Source: Notoacmeibacter sp. (GTDB lineage Bacteria > Pseudomonadota > Alphaproteobacteria > Rhizobiales > Rhizobiaceae). From it: 64,000 nucleotides of DNA. The notes under the pieces were generated by a model, which had not been told where the DNA came from, did no database searches, and was given only the letters and a program-made list of their open reading frames with translations. The stretch covers positions 3,515 to 67,514 of the forward strand of contig JAIOIW010000082.1 in assembly GCA_019912385.1 (NCBI GenBank). Reading direction: 5' to 3'. This document shows, one piece after another, positions 38,550 through 48,219 of this stretch (positions are counted from its first letter, which is position 1; every line of letters begins with the position of its first letter). The position numbers and the translations under genes were made by a program.

Positions 38550-39484
38550 AGAGCCTTAATCAAAAAGCGCGCAATGATTTCATGCCCTTGCGAGACGTCG
38601 GGTGAGAAGCCTGATATGGGCAACGTGGATCCACGCCTCGGCTGAAGCGATGGAGCGTTCGAAGTCCTTGGCCAGTCTGCGGCAACGGCCGAGCCAGGCG
38701 AAGGTGCGCTCCACGACCCATCGACGCGGCAGAACAATGAAGCCCTTGGCCTTGTCACTTCGCTTGACGATCTGGAGCCTGAAGCGGGCAAGATGCTTCA
38801 ACGCCTTTTCCAGTTTTGGTCCGCCATAGCCGCCATCTGCGAAGACATGGCGCAGCCAGGGCCAGCGCTTGAGGATGGACTTGAGGACATCGGGCGCGCC
38901 GTCGCGATCCTGAACCGCAGCACTGTGGACGACGAGCCCGACCAACAATCCGCTGGTGTCGGTGATGATGTGACGCTTGCGGCCATTGATCTTCTTGCCG
39001 GCGTCAAAGCCACGAACCCCGCCGCTTTCGGTGGTTTTGACGCTCTGGCTATCGATCACCCCGGCGCTCGGCGAGGCCTCCCGGCCCTCCTGCTCCCGCG
39101 CCGCCATGACAAGAGTATTGTTGATGGCGCGCAGCACGCCCATGTCACGCCAGGCATAGAAGTAATTCTGAACCGTGGTGAAAGGCGGGAAGTCCTTGGG
39201 TAGCATCCGCCACTGGCAGCCTGTCGAGGCCATGTAGAGGATCCCATTCACCACCTCGCGCATGTTTGCCACGCGCGGCCGTCCGACCGGCTTGGGCCGC
39301 GGCAGAAGCGGCGCAATCACCGCCCATTCCGTATCGCGCAGATCGCTTGCATAGCGGCACCCTTCGCGGGCATAATTGCGGCGGGTGATATCAGTCCAAG
39401 GCATCGTGCTCTCCATCGAATCTTCGCAAATCCGAAGGAATCACAACTCACTGATATCACTCAACTCTTTTTAGGTCAGGCTCT
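38550..39484 (-). mobile_element. IS5-family insertion sequence (about 935 bp), apparently intact
   Basis: Imperfect terminal inverted repeats: AGAGCCTTAATCAAAAAGCGCGCAATGATTTCA on the left, matched on the right by the reverse complement AGAGCCTGACCTAAAAAGAGTTGAGTGATATCA. They flank a single transposase ORF. No clean target duplication was seen (TCA versus TTA). Confidence 0.8.
38580..39416 (-). CDS. IS5-family DDE transposase
   Basis: 278 aa with an N-terminal DUF4096-like region (LRDTEWAVIAPLLPRPKPVGRPRVANMREVVNGILYMASTGCQWRMLPKDFPP) and a DDE_Tnp_1-type C-terminus. Confidence 0.9.
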   Translation of the reverse strand: MESTMPWTDITRRNYAREGCRYASDLRDTEWAVIAPLLPRPKPVGRPRVANMREVVNGILYMASTGCQWRMLPKDFPPFTTVQNYFYAWRDMGVLRAINNTLVMAAREQEGREASPSAGVIDSQSVKTTESGGVRGFDAGKKINGRKRHIITDTSGLLVGLVVHSAAVQDRDGAPDVLKSILKRWPWLRHVFADGGYGGPKLEKALKHLARFRLQIVKRSDKAKGFIVLPRRWVVERTFAWLGRCRRLAKDFERSIASAEAWIHVAHIRLLTRRLARA

Positions 39485-39623
39485 TAGAGAAGCGCATCCA
39501 CTTTAGCATGGGTCATATCCGCATGCGGAGGAGTAATTTGCGCATTTATTTGTGAATTGACGTCGAACAATGACCCCATCCACGCTGGCCGTAACTATTT
39601 GTAATTGTTAGACTGTTCTGGAC

Positions 39624-39664
39624 TTTTAGGGGGTCTTGATCGACGCCGATCGTGCCCCCTAAAA
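39624..39664. repeat. 10-bp perfect inverted repeat TTTTAGGGGG-N21-CCCCCTAAAA
   Basis: Read directly. It lies between the IS5 end and the IS3 remnant and could be a bidirectional terminator or a relic element end. Confidence 0.4.
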
Positions 39665-39701
39665 TGGACCAATAACCAAGCTGAAACAACGCGTTGTGCT
39701 C

Positions 39702-39960
39702 TGATCCCTGAAAACTGGACCGTTCGAAAGTGGAGTTTTCCGCGGTAACATCCCTTGGCTGGGAGGAGTGGAGAACGATGAAGGCATCGAAGTTTTCGGA
39801 CGCACAGAAGGCGTTCATTTTGAAGCAGGGAGCGGACGGGATTCCGGTTGCCGAGATCTGCCGTCGGGCAGGGATCAGCCAGGCGACCTATTTCAACTGG
39901 AAAAGGAAATACGATGGGCTTTTGCCGACGGAGATGAAGCGCCTGAAGCAGCTTGAGGAC
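39702..39960 (+). pseudogene. Truncated IS3-family element: putative left end plus the 5' part of orfA (HTH transposase)
   Basis: ATG 39778 gives MKASKFSDAQKAFILKQGADGIPVAEICRRAGISQATYFNWKRKYDGLLPTEMKRLKQLED, a typical IS3 OrfA. The expected ENxxLK coiled coil is replaced after codon 61 (39960) by unrelated sequence, and no orfB follows. The TGATCCCTG at 39702 as IRL is a guess. Confidence 0.7.
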
Positions 39961-39970
39961 AGATTCTCCG

Positions 39971-41635
39971 CTAAATCGGAGGGAAATTGGGGCCCACGTC
40001 AATTTCGGTAAACTCGGACAGGCGCCGGGTCAGCCAGTCGGCATTCATTTCCGGAACTGAGGCAAGCAGTAAACGGGTGTATTCATTTTCGGGCGACGCG
40101 AATATGCTGTCTGTAGCGCCCTGCTCTACAATTCGTCCGTTTGACATCACCACGACCCTGTCGGCAATGGCGCGAACCGTTTCCAGATCATGCGAAACAA
40201 ACACATAGGACAGGCCGAGCGCTTTGCGCGTGCGGTCCAGCAGCATGAGAATCTCTTCGGCAACAAGCTGGTCAAGCGACGAGGTGACCTCGTCGCAGAT
40301 CACCAGCTTGGGTTCGCAGACCAGCGCACGGGCGATCGCAATGCGCTGTTTCTGGCCGCCCGAAAGCTCATGTGGAAAGCGGTCTATGAACTTACCCGGC
40401 TCCATCCCGATCATACTCAGAATATCGCCAACCCGATCATCCTTCTGTTTGCCACGTAGGCCCAAAAACAACTCGACCGGTCGGCCGACAATGTCGCGGA
40501 CTCTCTGACGCGGGTTGAGCGCCGTGTCGGGCATCTGAAATACCATCTGGATGTCGCGAAGCTGTTGGCGGCTGCGGCCTTTGCGGTCTGGCGAGAGTGG
40601 TGCCCCTTGAAACTCCAAAGCCCCGTTGCTCGGGGCGAGCAACCCGCAAATCACCTGCGCGGTGGTCGATTTGCCCGAACCGGATTCGCCGACGATCGCG
40701 AGCGTCTCTCTCGCACCGACGGCGAGGTCGATGTCTTGAATGACAGTGCGGTTGCCGTAACCTGCTGACATCTGGCGTATTTCCAGAACCGGAGCCTCGG
40801 CTTTCAGCGCGCCGTCATTGGTCTTGCGGAAACGACGCACCGCCCAGAGCGAGCGCGTATAGTCTTCGCGCGGATCTGATAGCATGACGCGGGTCGGCGC
40901 TTCTTCGACCTCGCTTCCGTAGCGCAGAACCTTGATGCGGTCGGCCATCTGGGCCACCAGCGCGAGATCATGGGTGATGTAGATCGCGGCTTTGCCAAGA
41001 TCGCGGATCACCTCGCGGATCGAGGCCAGAACTCCGATCTGCGTAGTCACGTCAAGCGCCGTCGTAGGCTCGTCGAAGATAATGATATCGGGGTCCGCGA
41101 CCATCGCCATTGCCGTCATCAACCGCTGCAGCTGCCCGCCGGATACCTGATGCGGATAGCGGCGACCGATCGCGTCGGGGTCATTGAAGTGCATCCGGCG
41201 CAACAGATCGCGCGCGCGGCTTTCGGCCTGGTCGCGCGAAATGCGCGAAGACCGGATTGCCGTCTCAGTGATCTGGTCAATCAACCGGTGCGCGGGGTTG
41301 AAAGCGGCGGCGGCTGACTGCGCGACATAGGCGATGCATCGGCCGCGCAGGGCGGTAAGTTGCGTCTCCGTCAAGCCCAAAAGTTCCTGCCCTTTGAACC
41401 GGATGCTGCCGCGCGTGATCCTACAGCCGGGCCGGGCGTAGCCCATCGCGGCCAAACCCAGTGTCGACTTTCCGGCACCGGATTCGCCGATCAGGCCAAG
41501 CACTTCGCCGGGGCGAAGATGCAACGATATGCCTTTCACAATCGGTTTCACGCCGTCTTCGCCTACGGCCTCGATCCAGAGATCGCGGATGTCGAGAAGC
41601 AAAGGCGCTTCGGTCTGGGGTGCCGGGTCGGTCAT
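39971..41635 (-). CDS. Fused double ATPase of a peptide-type ABC importer
   Basis: ATG 41635 (MTDPAPQTEAPLLLDIRDL). Two Walker A motifs (GESGAGKS, GESGSGKS), two signatures (VSGGQLQR, LSGGQKQR) and Walker B motifs. The stop lies 10 bp from the IS3 truncation point. Confidence 0.9.
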   Translation of the reverse strand: MTDPAPQTEAPLLLDIRDLWIEAVGEDGVKPIVKGISLHLRPGEVLGLIGESGAGKSTLGLAAMGYARPGCRITRGSIRFKGQELLGLTETQLTALRGRCIAYVAQSAAAAFNPAHRLIDQITETAIRSSRISRDQAESRARDLLRRMHFNDPDAIGRRYPHQVSGGQLQRLMTAMAMVADPDIIIFDEPTTALDVTTQIGVLASIREVIRDLGKAAIYITHDLALVAQMADRIKVLRYGSEVEEAPTRVMLSDPREDYTRSLWAVRRFRKTNDGALKAEAPVLEIRQMSAGYGNRTVIQDIDLAVGARETLAIVGESGSGKSTTAQVICGLLAPSNGALEFQGAPLSPDRKGRSRQQLRDIQMVFQMPDTALNPRQRVRDIVGRPVELFLGLRGKQKDDRVGDILSMIGMEPGKFIDRFPHELSGGQKQRIAIARALVCEPKLVICDEVTSSLDQLVAEEILMLLDRTRKALGLSYVFVSHDLETVRAIADRVVVMSNGRIVEQGATDSIFASPENEYTRLLLASVPEMNADWLTRRLSEFTEIDVGPNFPPI

Positions 41636-41637
41636 TG

Positions 41638-42483
41638 TCAGTCTTTCAAGCCGCTGGAATGCTGTACAAACCAATCCACGCAGAAGTTTACCGCGACCGT
41701 CAGAACAGCGATGGCAAGCGCCGGCAGAAGCGGTGTGATATTGCCAAAACTGATGAGGATTGCGTTTTCACGTACCATCGATCCCCAGTCGGCTGTTGGC
41801 GGCTGGAGCCCCAGCCCGAGGAAGCTCAGCGAACTGATAAACAGGAACACGAAACTGAAGCGCATTCCGAATTCGGCGGCCAGCGGCTGTACGATATTGG
41901 GCAACAACTCGCGGATGATGATCCACCGGAGCCCTTCGCCACGCAATTCGGCGGCGCGAATAAAATCCAGCACCATCACATTTGCGCCCACGCTGCGCGC
42001 AAGGCGGTAAACGCGCGTCGCATCGATAACCGCGATCGTCACAACCAGTGCCACGACTGAGGTGCCTGAAATCGTCAGTACCATCAGCGCGGCGATCAGC
42101 GCGGGAACCGCCATCAGCACATCCACGACGCGGCTGAGGATCATCTCGAACCGCCCCCCCACGGCAACCGCCAACAGCCCGGCAATGCTGCCCAGCAGAA
42201 ATGACAGGCATGAGGTAAGGAGCGCGATACCGACCGAGTTGCGCGCCCCGTAGATAAGGCGAGTAAGCATGTCGCGCCCGATATTGTCGGTGCCCAGCGG
42301 GAAGTTGCTGCTCAGGGGCGCGTATTCGGCGCCAACGATTTCGGTTTCACCGTATGGCGCCAGCACCGGCGCCAACACCGCGACCAGCGCATAAGTAAAT
42401 ACCAGCATCAGCCCCATCCGGGCGCTCATCGGCGCCCGAGAAAAGGAACGGATGGCGAGGCGTGCGGTGGTCATAGGGCGCAT
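41638..42483 (-). CDS. ABC transporter permease (DppC-like)
   Basis: 281 aa polytopic protein in the same operon as the ATPase. Confidence 0.85.
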   Translation of the reverse strand: MRPMTTARLAIRSFSRAPMSARMGLMLVFTYALVAVLAPVLAPYGETEIVGAEYAPLSSNFPLGTDNIGRDMLTRLIYGARNSVGIALLTSCLSFLLGSIAGLLAVAVGGRFEMILSRVVDVLMAVPALIAALMVLTISGTSVVALVVTIAVIDATRVYRLARSVGANVMVLDFIRAAELRGEGLRWIIIRELLPNIVQPLAAEFGMRFSFVFLFISSLSFLGLGLQPPTADWGSMVRENAILISFGNITPLLPALAIAVLTVAVNFCVDWFVQHSSGLKD

Positions 42484-42495
42484 AAGAGCTTCCGT

Positions 42496-43452
42496 TCAGC
42501 GAGAGTGCAGAAGGCGGGGGTTTGACATGATCGACAGGATATCGGCCGTCAGGTTCAGCAGGATGTAGGTGGCCGCGAAAATCAGCGAACAGACCTGCAC
42601 CAGCGGCACATCGCGCGTCGAAACCGCGTCGACAAGCAGCTGCCCCAAGCCGGGGTAGGCAAACACCACCTCGACCACGACAACACCGACAACCAGATAA
42701 GCCAGGTTGAGCGCCACTACGTTGATGATCGGCGCCAGTGCGTTCGGGAGCGCGTGCCGCAGCACGATTCGCACCTTTCCAATGCCCTTCAGCCGCGCCA
42801 TTTCAATATAGGGCGAGGACATCAGGCTGATGATCGCTGCCCGTGTCATGCGCATCATGTGCGCGACAACCACCAGCGTAAGTGTCAGCGCTGGCAGGGT
42901 GCTTCTGAACAGACGATCCCAGAGCGGCAGATCGGGGCTGAGGCTGGTGATTCCCGGAAAGAGATTGACACTGACTGCCAGCAGATACACGAGAATATAC
43001 GCCACGAAGAATTCAGGGAAAGAAATCGCCGTGAGCGTTATCAGGTTCACCACCCGGTCGAAAACCGAGTTGCGGTGGAGCGCGGCCAGAACCCCAAGCC
43101 CAAGCGCCAACGGCACCGCAATCAACGCGGCATATGCGGCGAGGAAGAAGGTGTTGGCAAGTCGGCCACCGATCAGCGTGTCGATGCTGCGCCCGGTGGC
43201 GATGGAACGCCCGAAGTCGCCGTGCAGCACATCGGACGCCCAGATCGCGTAGCGCTGCCACGCTGGCAGGTCGAGGTGCATCTCGTGGCGAAATGCCGCG
43301 AGCGTCTCTGCCGTAGCGGACTTCCCTAGGATTGCGGCTGCCGGGTCGCCCGGAAGAAGTTCGATCCCGAAGAAGACAATTAGTGAGATGACCGCCAGCG
43401 TCGCCGCACCCAGAATAAGGCGCTGCAATATCAGCCTGAGTATCGTAAGCAC
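42496..43452 (-). CDS. ABC transporter permease (DppB-like)
   Basis: 318 aa with MLTILRLILQRLILGAATLAVISLIVFFGIELLPGDP. Confidence 0.85.
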   Translation of the reverse strand: MLTILRLILQRLILGAATLAVISLIVFFGIELLPGDPAAAILGKSATAETLAAFRHEMHLDLPAWQRYAIWASDVLHGDFGRSIATGRSIDTLIGGRLANTFFLAAYAALIAVPLALGLGVLAALHRNSVFDRVVNLITLTAISFPEFFVAYILVYLLAVSVNLFPGITSLSPDLPLWDRLFRSTLPALTLTLVVVAHMMRMTRAAIISLMSSPYIEMARLKGIGKVRIVLRHALPNALAPIINVVALNLAYLVVGVVVVEVVFAYPGLGQLLVDAVSTRDVPLVQVCSLIFAATYILLNLTADILSIMSNPRLLHSR

Positions 43453-43479
43453 CTTATTTCTCCTTTCGCGGCTGGACGG

Positions 43480-45543
43480 TCACATGTTATCGCGGAAAAA
43501 GCGCATATCGCGGGTGGCCGAGTGGATGCTTTTTCCACCCTCGCGCGCGTCGAGCCGCGATCGGACGTAAAAATACTCCGCATCGCACCAGATTTTGGTT
43601 CCTGTCCGAACTTCAACCTGCCAGTCTCCTCGCGACAAAGACCATTCCCAGCCAATCGTCATACGCGCTGACAGCGGATCGCCCTTGCTGATAGAACTGG
43701 TTTCGATGGCCTTTGACGAAATCTCGGATCCGGTGTCGTCGACCCGGTAAACGCCGCCGTCGTCGACTATGGTCAGGGTTGTGGTATCGGCCGACGGATC
43801 GAACACGGTGGCGCGATGGCGCTTTGCCGGTACCACCGTGCTGCGACCGGGCATCAGTGTGCCGGTCGGCGCATTGAACGGGCGCAGTTCGGCGTCGACC
43901 GGGGTTTCGGGCCGGCCGGGCAGTGAAATCCGGCTGTCGCCCGGCGTAATCATTACTGTCGCGACGTCGGGCTGCGGCCAGCAAAGCGGCCAGTAGGTGG
44001 TAGAAATCGCCACCCGGAGCCGGTGCCCCTTTGGCACCGAGTAGGCGATGTCGTGAAGTCGAATCGTAAGCGTACAGGTCTCGCCGGGGGTCAGATCTGC
44101 CGGGCTGAAATCGCCCTTGCGATGCCGCAGGTTTTGCACCGCATAGCTGATGCGTTTCGACTGTCCTTCAGGCGAGAGGTGGTTCAGCCGAACCGCAAGC
44201 ATCGCGCTGGGTTTATCCGAACTGACCCGCAGAGTGATCTCCGGCGCCCCCAGGATTTCGAAATCCGCTTCAAGCGGCCCGGAGTCGAAGCAAAGCGAGG
44301 CTGCATCGTCCTGCGACTGATCACCGGGAAGTTCTTCCCCTTCGCCGAAGCCGAATGACGGCATCATCTCGCCTCCGCACAGTCCGACCGTCTGATCGGT
44401 CGACACCGGCATCCCTGCCCCAATCACCGCGACCCATTCAAGCCCGTCCTCGTTCAGGAACATCACCACAGGCTCAATGCGCGGCGATGGCCAGATGTCT
44501 TCGGCAACCCAGCGGCCTGGGGCCTCAGTCATGAACTTCTCAACAGGGGTGTCGCGCAACATATAGGCGCGCAACATTGGTTCGTGCGTCTGCGGGGCAA
44601 TGCCGCACAAATGCTCGTCGAACCAGGTCTTCGCCTCGCTCAGAAAATCGATCGCGGGGCCCGGCACCCCGTGTTGTGGATATTTATGCGCCCATGGCCC
44701 CATAAGCCCCCTACGCGGACCGGACATCCCCGCGACAAGATCGGGCGGATTTGTCCCCACCGTGGAATCTGCCCAGCCCCCGACTGCCAACACGGGTACC
44801 GTCATGATCGGCAGCTGATCGGTCAGGTCGCGCTCGCGCCAAAACCAGTCACGGCGTTGGTGGTCCAAATAGGCCTTCACCTCCGGCTCAAGCCGGTCCA
44901 ACCGCGCGCGCCAAATTTCGCGCCATGCGTTTCCGACGATGGCAGGGTCCGGCGGGCGCGAGGTCAGCCCGTCCATCGTAGCTGCCCAGCCGATCACCTC
45001 GTTGGTAAGGCACCCACCTTTAAACAGGATGTCGCGGCTAAAGCTGTCATGCGGGCCGGCGACGCATACGATTGCGCCAAGTTCGGGCGGCGCTTCTTTC
45101 GCACAGTAAAGCGAAATGCTTCCACCCCAGGACAGGCCGATCATCCCGACTTTCCCATTGCTCCACGGCTGCTGCGCGATCCAGCGGATGACAGCAACGC
45201 CGTCCAGCCGCTCGTCGCGCGCATACATAGGCGCCGCAAAGCCGCCAGAATCACCCGAACCGCGCATATCGACGCGAATGCAGGCATAGCCCTGCGCGGA
45301 GAAGTAACCGTGAACCTCGTCGTCACGCGCGCGCGTTACGTCGCGTTTGCGGTAGGGTAAAAACTCGAAAATCGTCGCGACGGGCTCTATGCCGCACCCT
45401 TCTGGAAGCCAAAGACGGGCCGCCAGCCGGCAGCCGTCCGGCATCGGAATCCAAACGTTTTCGGTAACTTCAAAGGCGCTGCTCCGGGAGGGGCGCTCGC
45501 GCTCCGCAAGCTGACCATCAGGATTGTGGAGCTGTTTCTGCAT
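43480..45543 (-). CDS. CocE/NonD-family hydrolase (S15 X-Pro dipeptidyl-peptidase-like)
   Basis: 687 aa with FEFLPYRKRD, RVDMRGSGDSGG and the nucleophile GLSWGG, plus a long C-terminal beta-sandwich-length region. Confidence 0.85.
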   Translation of the reverse strand: MQKQLHNPDGQLAERERPSRSSAFEVTENVWIPMPDGCRLAARLWLPEGCGIEPVATIFEFLPYRKRDVTRARDDEVHGYFSAQGYACIRVDMRGSGDSGGFAAPMYARDERLDGVAVIRWIAQQPWSNGKVGMIGLSWGGSISLYCAKEAPPELGAIVCVAGPHDSFSRDILFKGGCLTNEVIGWAATMDGLTSRPPDPAIVGNAWREIWRARLDRLEPEVKAYLDHQRRDWFWRERDLTDQLPIMTVPVLAVGGWADSTVGTNPPDLVAGMSGPRRGLMGPWAHKYPQHGVPGPAIDFLSEAKTWFDEHLCGIAPQTHEPMLRAYMLRDTPVEKFMTEAPGRWVAEDIWPSPRIEPVVMFLNEDGLEWVAVIGAGMPVSTDQTVGLCGGEMMPSFGFGEGEELPGDQSQDDAASLCFDSGPLEADFEILGAPEITLRVSSDKPSAMLAVRLNHLSPEGQSKRISYAVQNLRHRKGDFSPADLTPGETCTLTIRLHDIAYSVPKGHRLRVAISTTYWPLCWPQPDVATVMITPGDSRISLPGRPETPVDAELRPFNAPTGTLMPGRSTVVPAKRHRATVFDPSADTTTLTIVDDGGVYRVDDTGSEISSKAIETSSISKGDPLSARMTIGWEWSLSRGDWQVEVRTGTKIWCDAEYFYVRSRLDAREGGKSIHSATRDMRFFRDNM

Positions 45544-45602
45544 GAGGCGTCCTAGCTTTTGATGTCTGATTTGACCGCGACGTTAGAGATTGAAGCTTGT
45601 AC

Positions 45603-45639
45603 AGTCAACTGTCGACAGCTTGGCTGCCGACAGTTGACT
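45603..45639. promoter_or_regulatory. Candidate GntR operator: perfect 12-bp inverted repeat AGTCAACTGTCG-N13-CGACAGTTGACT containing the palindrome CTGTCGACAG
   Basis: Read directly. It lies in the divergent region between the CocE/ABC operon and the gntR gene. The same 10-bp palindrome recurs at 46481. Confidence 0.4.
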
Positions 45640-45690
45640 CGATGCAGAAAGCGTTCCAAAATACATTTATAAGGAACAAGGAGGGTGCCA

Positions 45691-46425
45691 GTGCGCAGCG
45701 ATGCCGAACCAATCCAGATCGCGAATATCGTCGAGATCGTGCGCGAGCGGCTTACCTCGCAGATCGTGGATGGCACCCTTGCCGCCGGCGAGCGCATCGT
45801 TGAAGTCCAGCTTGCACGCAACATGAACATCAGCCGCGCCCCGCTGCGCGAAGCGTGCCGTCTGCTAGAGCAGCAGGGACTACTCGAATCGAAACCGCGG
45901 CGCGGATTCTTCGTCAAGGAATTCGGCTCCGACGCCATCACCAATCTGATGGAGTTGCGGATTGCGCTCCAAACCGAGGCTTGCAGGCTTGCGTTGCGGC
46001 GCATGCAGGACGCCGACCTAGATGAGTTGCGCCGGCGCTACAAAGTCCTGCAGTCGGAGATCGCCGACGGTGGCGACGTCGAAAAGGCGCTTGACGCGGC
46101 ACTGCACTTTCACCGCCAGATATTCGAAATGACCCGGAACCCGCGTCTGGTCCGAGCCTTCGACGACCTGCTGCCCGATATTCATATTGTCTCCGCGTTT
46201 CTGAATCGTTTCGAGCAAAGCCAGACCGGCATGAGCAACGCATTTTACGAAGAACATATACCGTCGCTTATTACCGCTTTCGAAGCACGCGACAGCGAAA
46301 GAGCGGCCGCAGAAATGCGCACCTACCTTGAGCGCGCCTATTTTTCGCATCTCTCAGTTCACTCCGAGATGCAGAGAATAAAGGAAAGTGGCGGAACCGT
46401 GACTAGACCCGCTGGCTGGGTCTAG
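45691..46425 (+). CDS. GntR-family regulator (FadR/FCD subfamily)
   Basis: GTG 45691 lies 6 nt after GGAGG. The HTH region is ERIVEVQLARNMNISRAPLREACRLLEQQGLLESKPRRGFFV, followed by a helical C-terminal domain. Confidence 0.85.
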   Translation: MRSDAEPIQIANIVEIVRERLTSQIVDGTLAAGERIVEVQLARNMNISRAPLREACRLLEQQGLLESKPRRGFFVKEFGSDAITNLMELRIALQTEACRLALRRMQDADLDELRRRYKVLQSEIADGGDVEKALDAALHFHRQIFEMTRNPRLVRAFDDLLPDIHIVSAFLNRFEQSQTGMSNAFYEEHIPSLITAFEARDSERAAAEMRTYLERAYFSHLSVHSEMQRIKESGGTVTRPAGWV

Positions 46426-46480
46426 TCAGGCATACTGCAACTGGAACCGCCATCAAACGGAGGTACTTTTTTACGCATTT

Positions 46481-46490
46481 CTGTCGACAG
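46481..46490. promoter_or_regulatory. Second copy of the CTGTCGACAG palindrome, upstream of the family-5 SBP gene
   Basis: Exact 10-bp match to 45609-45618, located about 60-70 nt upstream of the SBP start. Confidence 0.35.
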
Positions 46491-46551
46491 TAGGCAGTTT
46501 GCAAATAATCCTGAACCCTATGCAGTCAGCACAATAAGCGAAACCAACAGG

Positions 46552-48165
46552 ATGGAGACCAACATGAAAGACAATTTCACGAGTGATCCCTTCAAGGGCA
46601 GATTAAAACTGCTAGCTCCAACGCGACGCGGCTTCTTGATGGCCGCCTCGGCAGCCGCAGGCGGGCTACTGCTGTCAGGGTTGCCTCTCAGTTCGGCGCG
46701 GGCAGCCGGGGCGCCAGTCAAAGGCGGCCGGATGAAAATCGCGATGGGGCATGGCGCAACCGGCGACACGCTCGACCCAGCGCTGCTGTTCAACGGCTTT
46801 CAGTGGACCGCCAGCCATGCGATGCGCAATGCGCTGACGCAGATCGGCCCAAGCGGCAAGCTGGAGCCCTGCCTCGCGACCGGGTGGGATTCAACCGACG
46901 CGAAAAGCTGGGTGTTCACGCTTCGGCAGGGGGTCGAGTTCCACAACGGCAAGACCCTTGATCAGGACGACGTTATCGCCTCGATCAATCACCACTTGGG
47001 GCCAGATTCGAAATCCGGGGCAAAGGTTACGCTGGGCGAGATTTCCGGCATGAAAAAGGACGGCTCGGACAAGATCGTCATTACCCTGAACGCGCCAAAC
47101 GCCGATTTCCCCAACTTCCTCGCCTCGGGAAATGCGGTAATCTGCCCGGCCAAGTCCGAAGGCGGTATCGACTGGGAAAGCAATATCGGTACCGGCGGCT
47201 ATCTGCTGAAGCGCTACGAGCCGGGCGTCACCGCCGAATTCACCCGCAACCCCAATTACTGGCGCGATGACCGGGCGTTTGCCGAAGAGGTCGAGCTGCT
47301 GACCATTCTCGACACCGCGGCCCGCACCAACGCGCTGCTCTCGGGGATTGTCGATGTGATCGACAAGGTCGACGTGAAAACCGCCAGCCTTTTGAAGCGG
47401 AACTCGGATGTCGTTGTCGAGGCCACGCAGGGCCCATTACACAATCTGTTCTCGATGCTGTCCGACATCGCGCCGTTCAATGACAACAACGTGCGTCTGG
47501 CGCTGAAATACGCGGTGGATCGGCAGGAGATCCTCGATAAGGTTCTCGGCGGCTATGGCATGATCGGCAACGACCAGCCGATCGGCCCGTCGTACCAGTA
47601 TTTCGACCCGACCATCGAACAGCGCAGCTACGACCCGGACAAGGCCCGCTTCCACCTGCGCCAGGCCGGGCTTGATACGCTTGAGGTCGCGTTGAGCGCC
47701 TCGGATGCTGCCTATTCGGGTGCCGTCGACGCCGCAGTGATATTCTCTGAGCGTGCGGCCCCCGCAGGGATCAACATCAACGTGGTGCGCGAGCCGAGCG
47801 ACGGTTACTGGTCGAATGTCTGGATGGCCAAGCCGTTCTACACAAACTACTGGGGCGGCTATACGACCGAATCGGAGATGTTCCAGGCCGGCTACATGCC
47901 GGACGCCGCGTGGAACGACTCGCATTTCCAGAACGAGCGCTTCGTCGGCCTTTTACAGGAGGCGAAGGCCGCGCTCGACCCGGCGCGCCGCAAGGAGCTG
48001 TTCTCGGAGTTGCAGCGCATCGTTTCCGACGAGGGCGGCCAGATCATTCCGGTGTTCCCGCAGGACGTTCTCGCGCGCAACCATCGCGTCGGGCATGGCG
48101 AGCTTGGGGCCGACCGGGGCATGGACGGCCGCCACATCATCGAACGCTGGTGGGTTGAGGGCTGA
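46552..48165 (+). CDS. ABC substrate-binding protein, family 5, Tat signal
   Basis: 537 aa with a twin-arginine signal (PTRRGFLMAASAAAGGLLLSGLPLSSARA). The start may instead be ATG 46564 (GGAG lies upstream). Confidence 0.85.
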   Translation: METNMKDNFTSDPFKGRLKLLAPTRRGFLMAASAAAGGLLLSGLPLSSARAAGAPVKGGRMKIAMGHGATGDTLDPALLFNGFQWTASHAMRNALTQIGPSGKLEPCLATGWDSTDAKSWVFTLRQGVEFHNGKTLDQDDVIASINHHLGPDSKSGAKVTLGEISGMKKDGSDKIVITLNAPNADFPNFLASGNAVICPAKSEGGIDWESNIGTGGYLLKRYEPGVTAEFTRNPNYWRDDRAFAEEVELLTILDTAARTNALLSGIVDVIDKVDVKTASLLKRNSDVVVEATQGPLHNLFSMLSDIAPFNDNNVRLALKYAVDRQEILDKVLGGYGMIGNDQPIGPSYQYFDPTIEQRSYDPDKARFHLRQAGLDTLEVALSASDAAYSGAVDAAVIFSERAAPAGININVVREPSDGYWSNVWMAKPFYTNYWGGYTTESEMFQAGYMPDAAWNDSHFQNERFVGLLQEAKAALDPARRKELFSELQRIVSDEGGQIIPVFPQDVLARNHRVGHGELGADRGMDGRHIIERWWVEG

Positions 48166-48184
48166 TCGGATACGGCAGGTAAGG

Positions 48185-48212
48185 AGGCCGCGCCCGATTT
48201 CGGACGCGGCCT
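48185..48212. terminator. Hairpin AGGCCGCG-N12-CGCGGCCT between convergent genes
   Basis: 8-bp GC-rich stem between the SBP stop (48165) and the GntR stop (48220). Confidence 0.4.
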
Positions 48213-48219
48213 TCAAACA

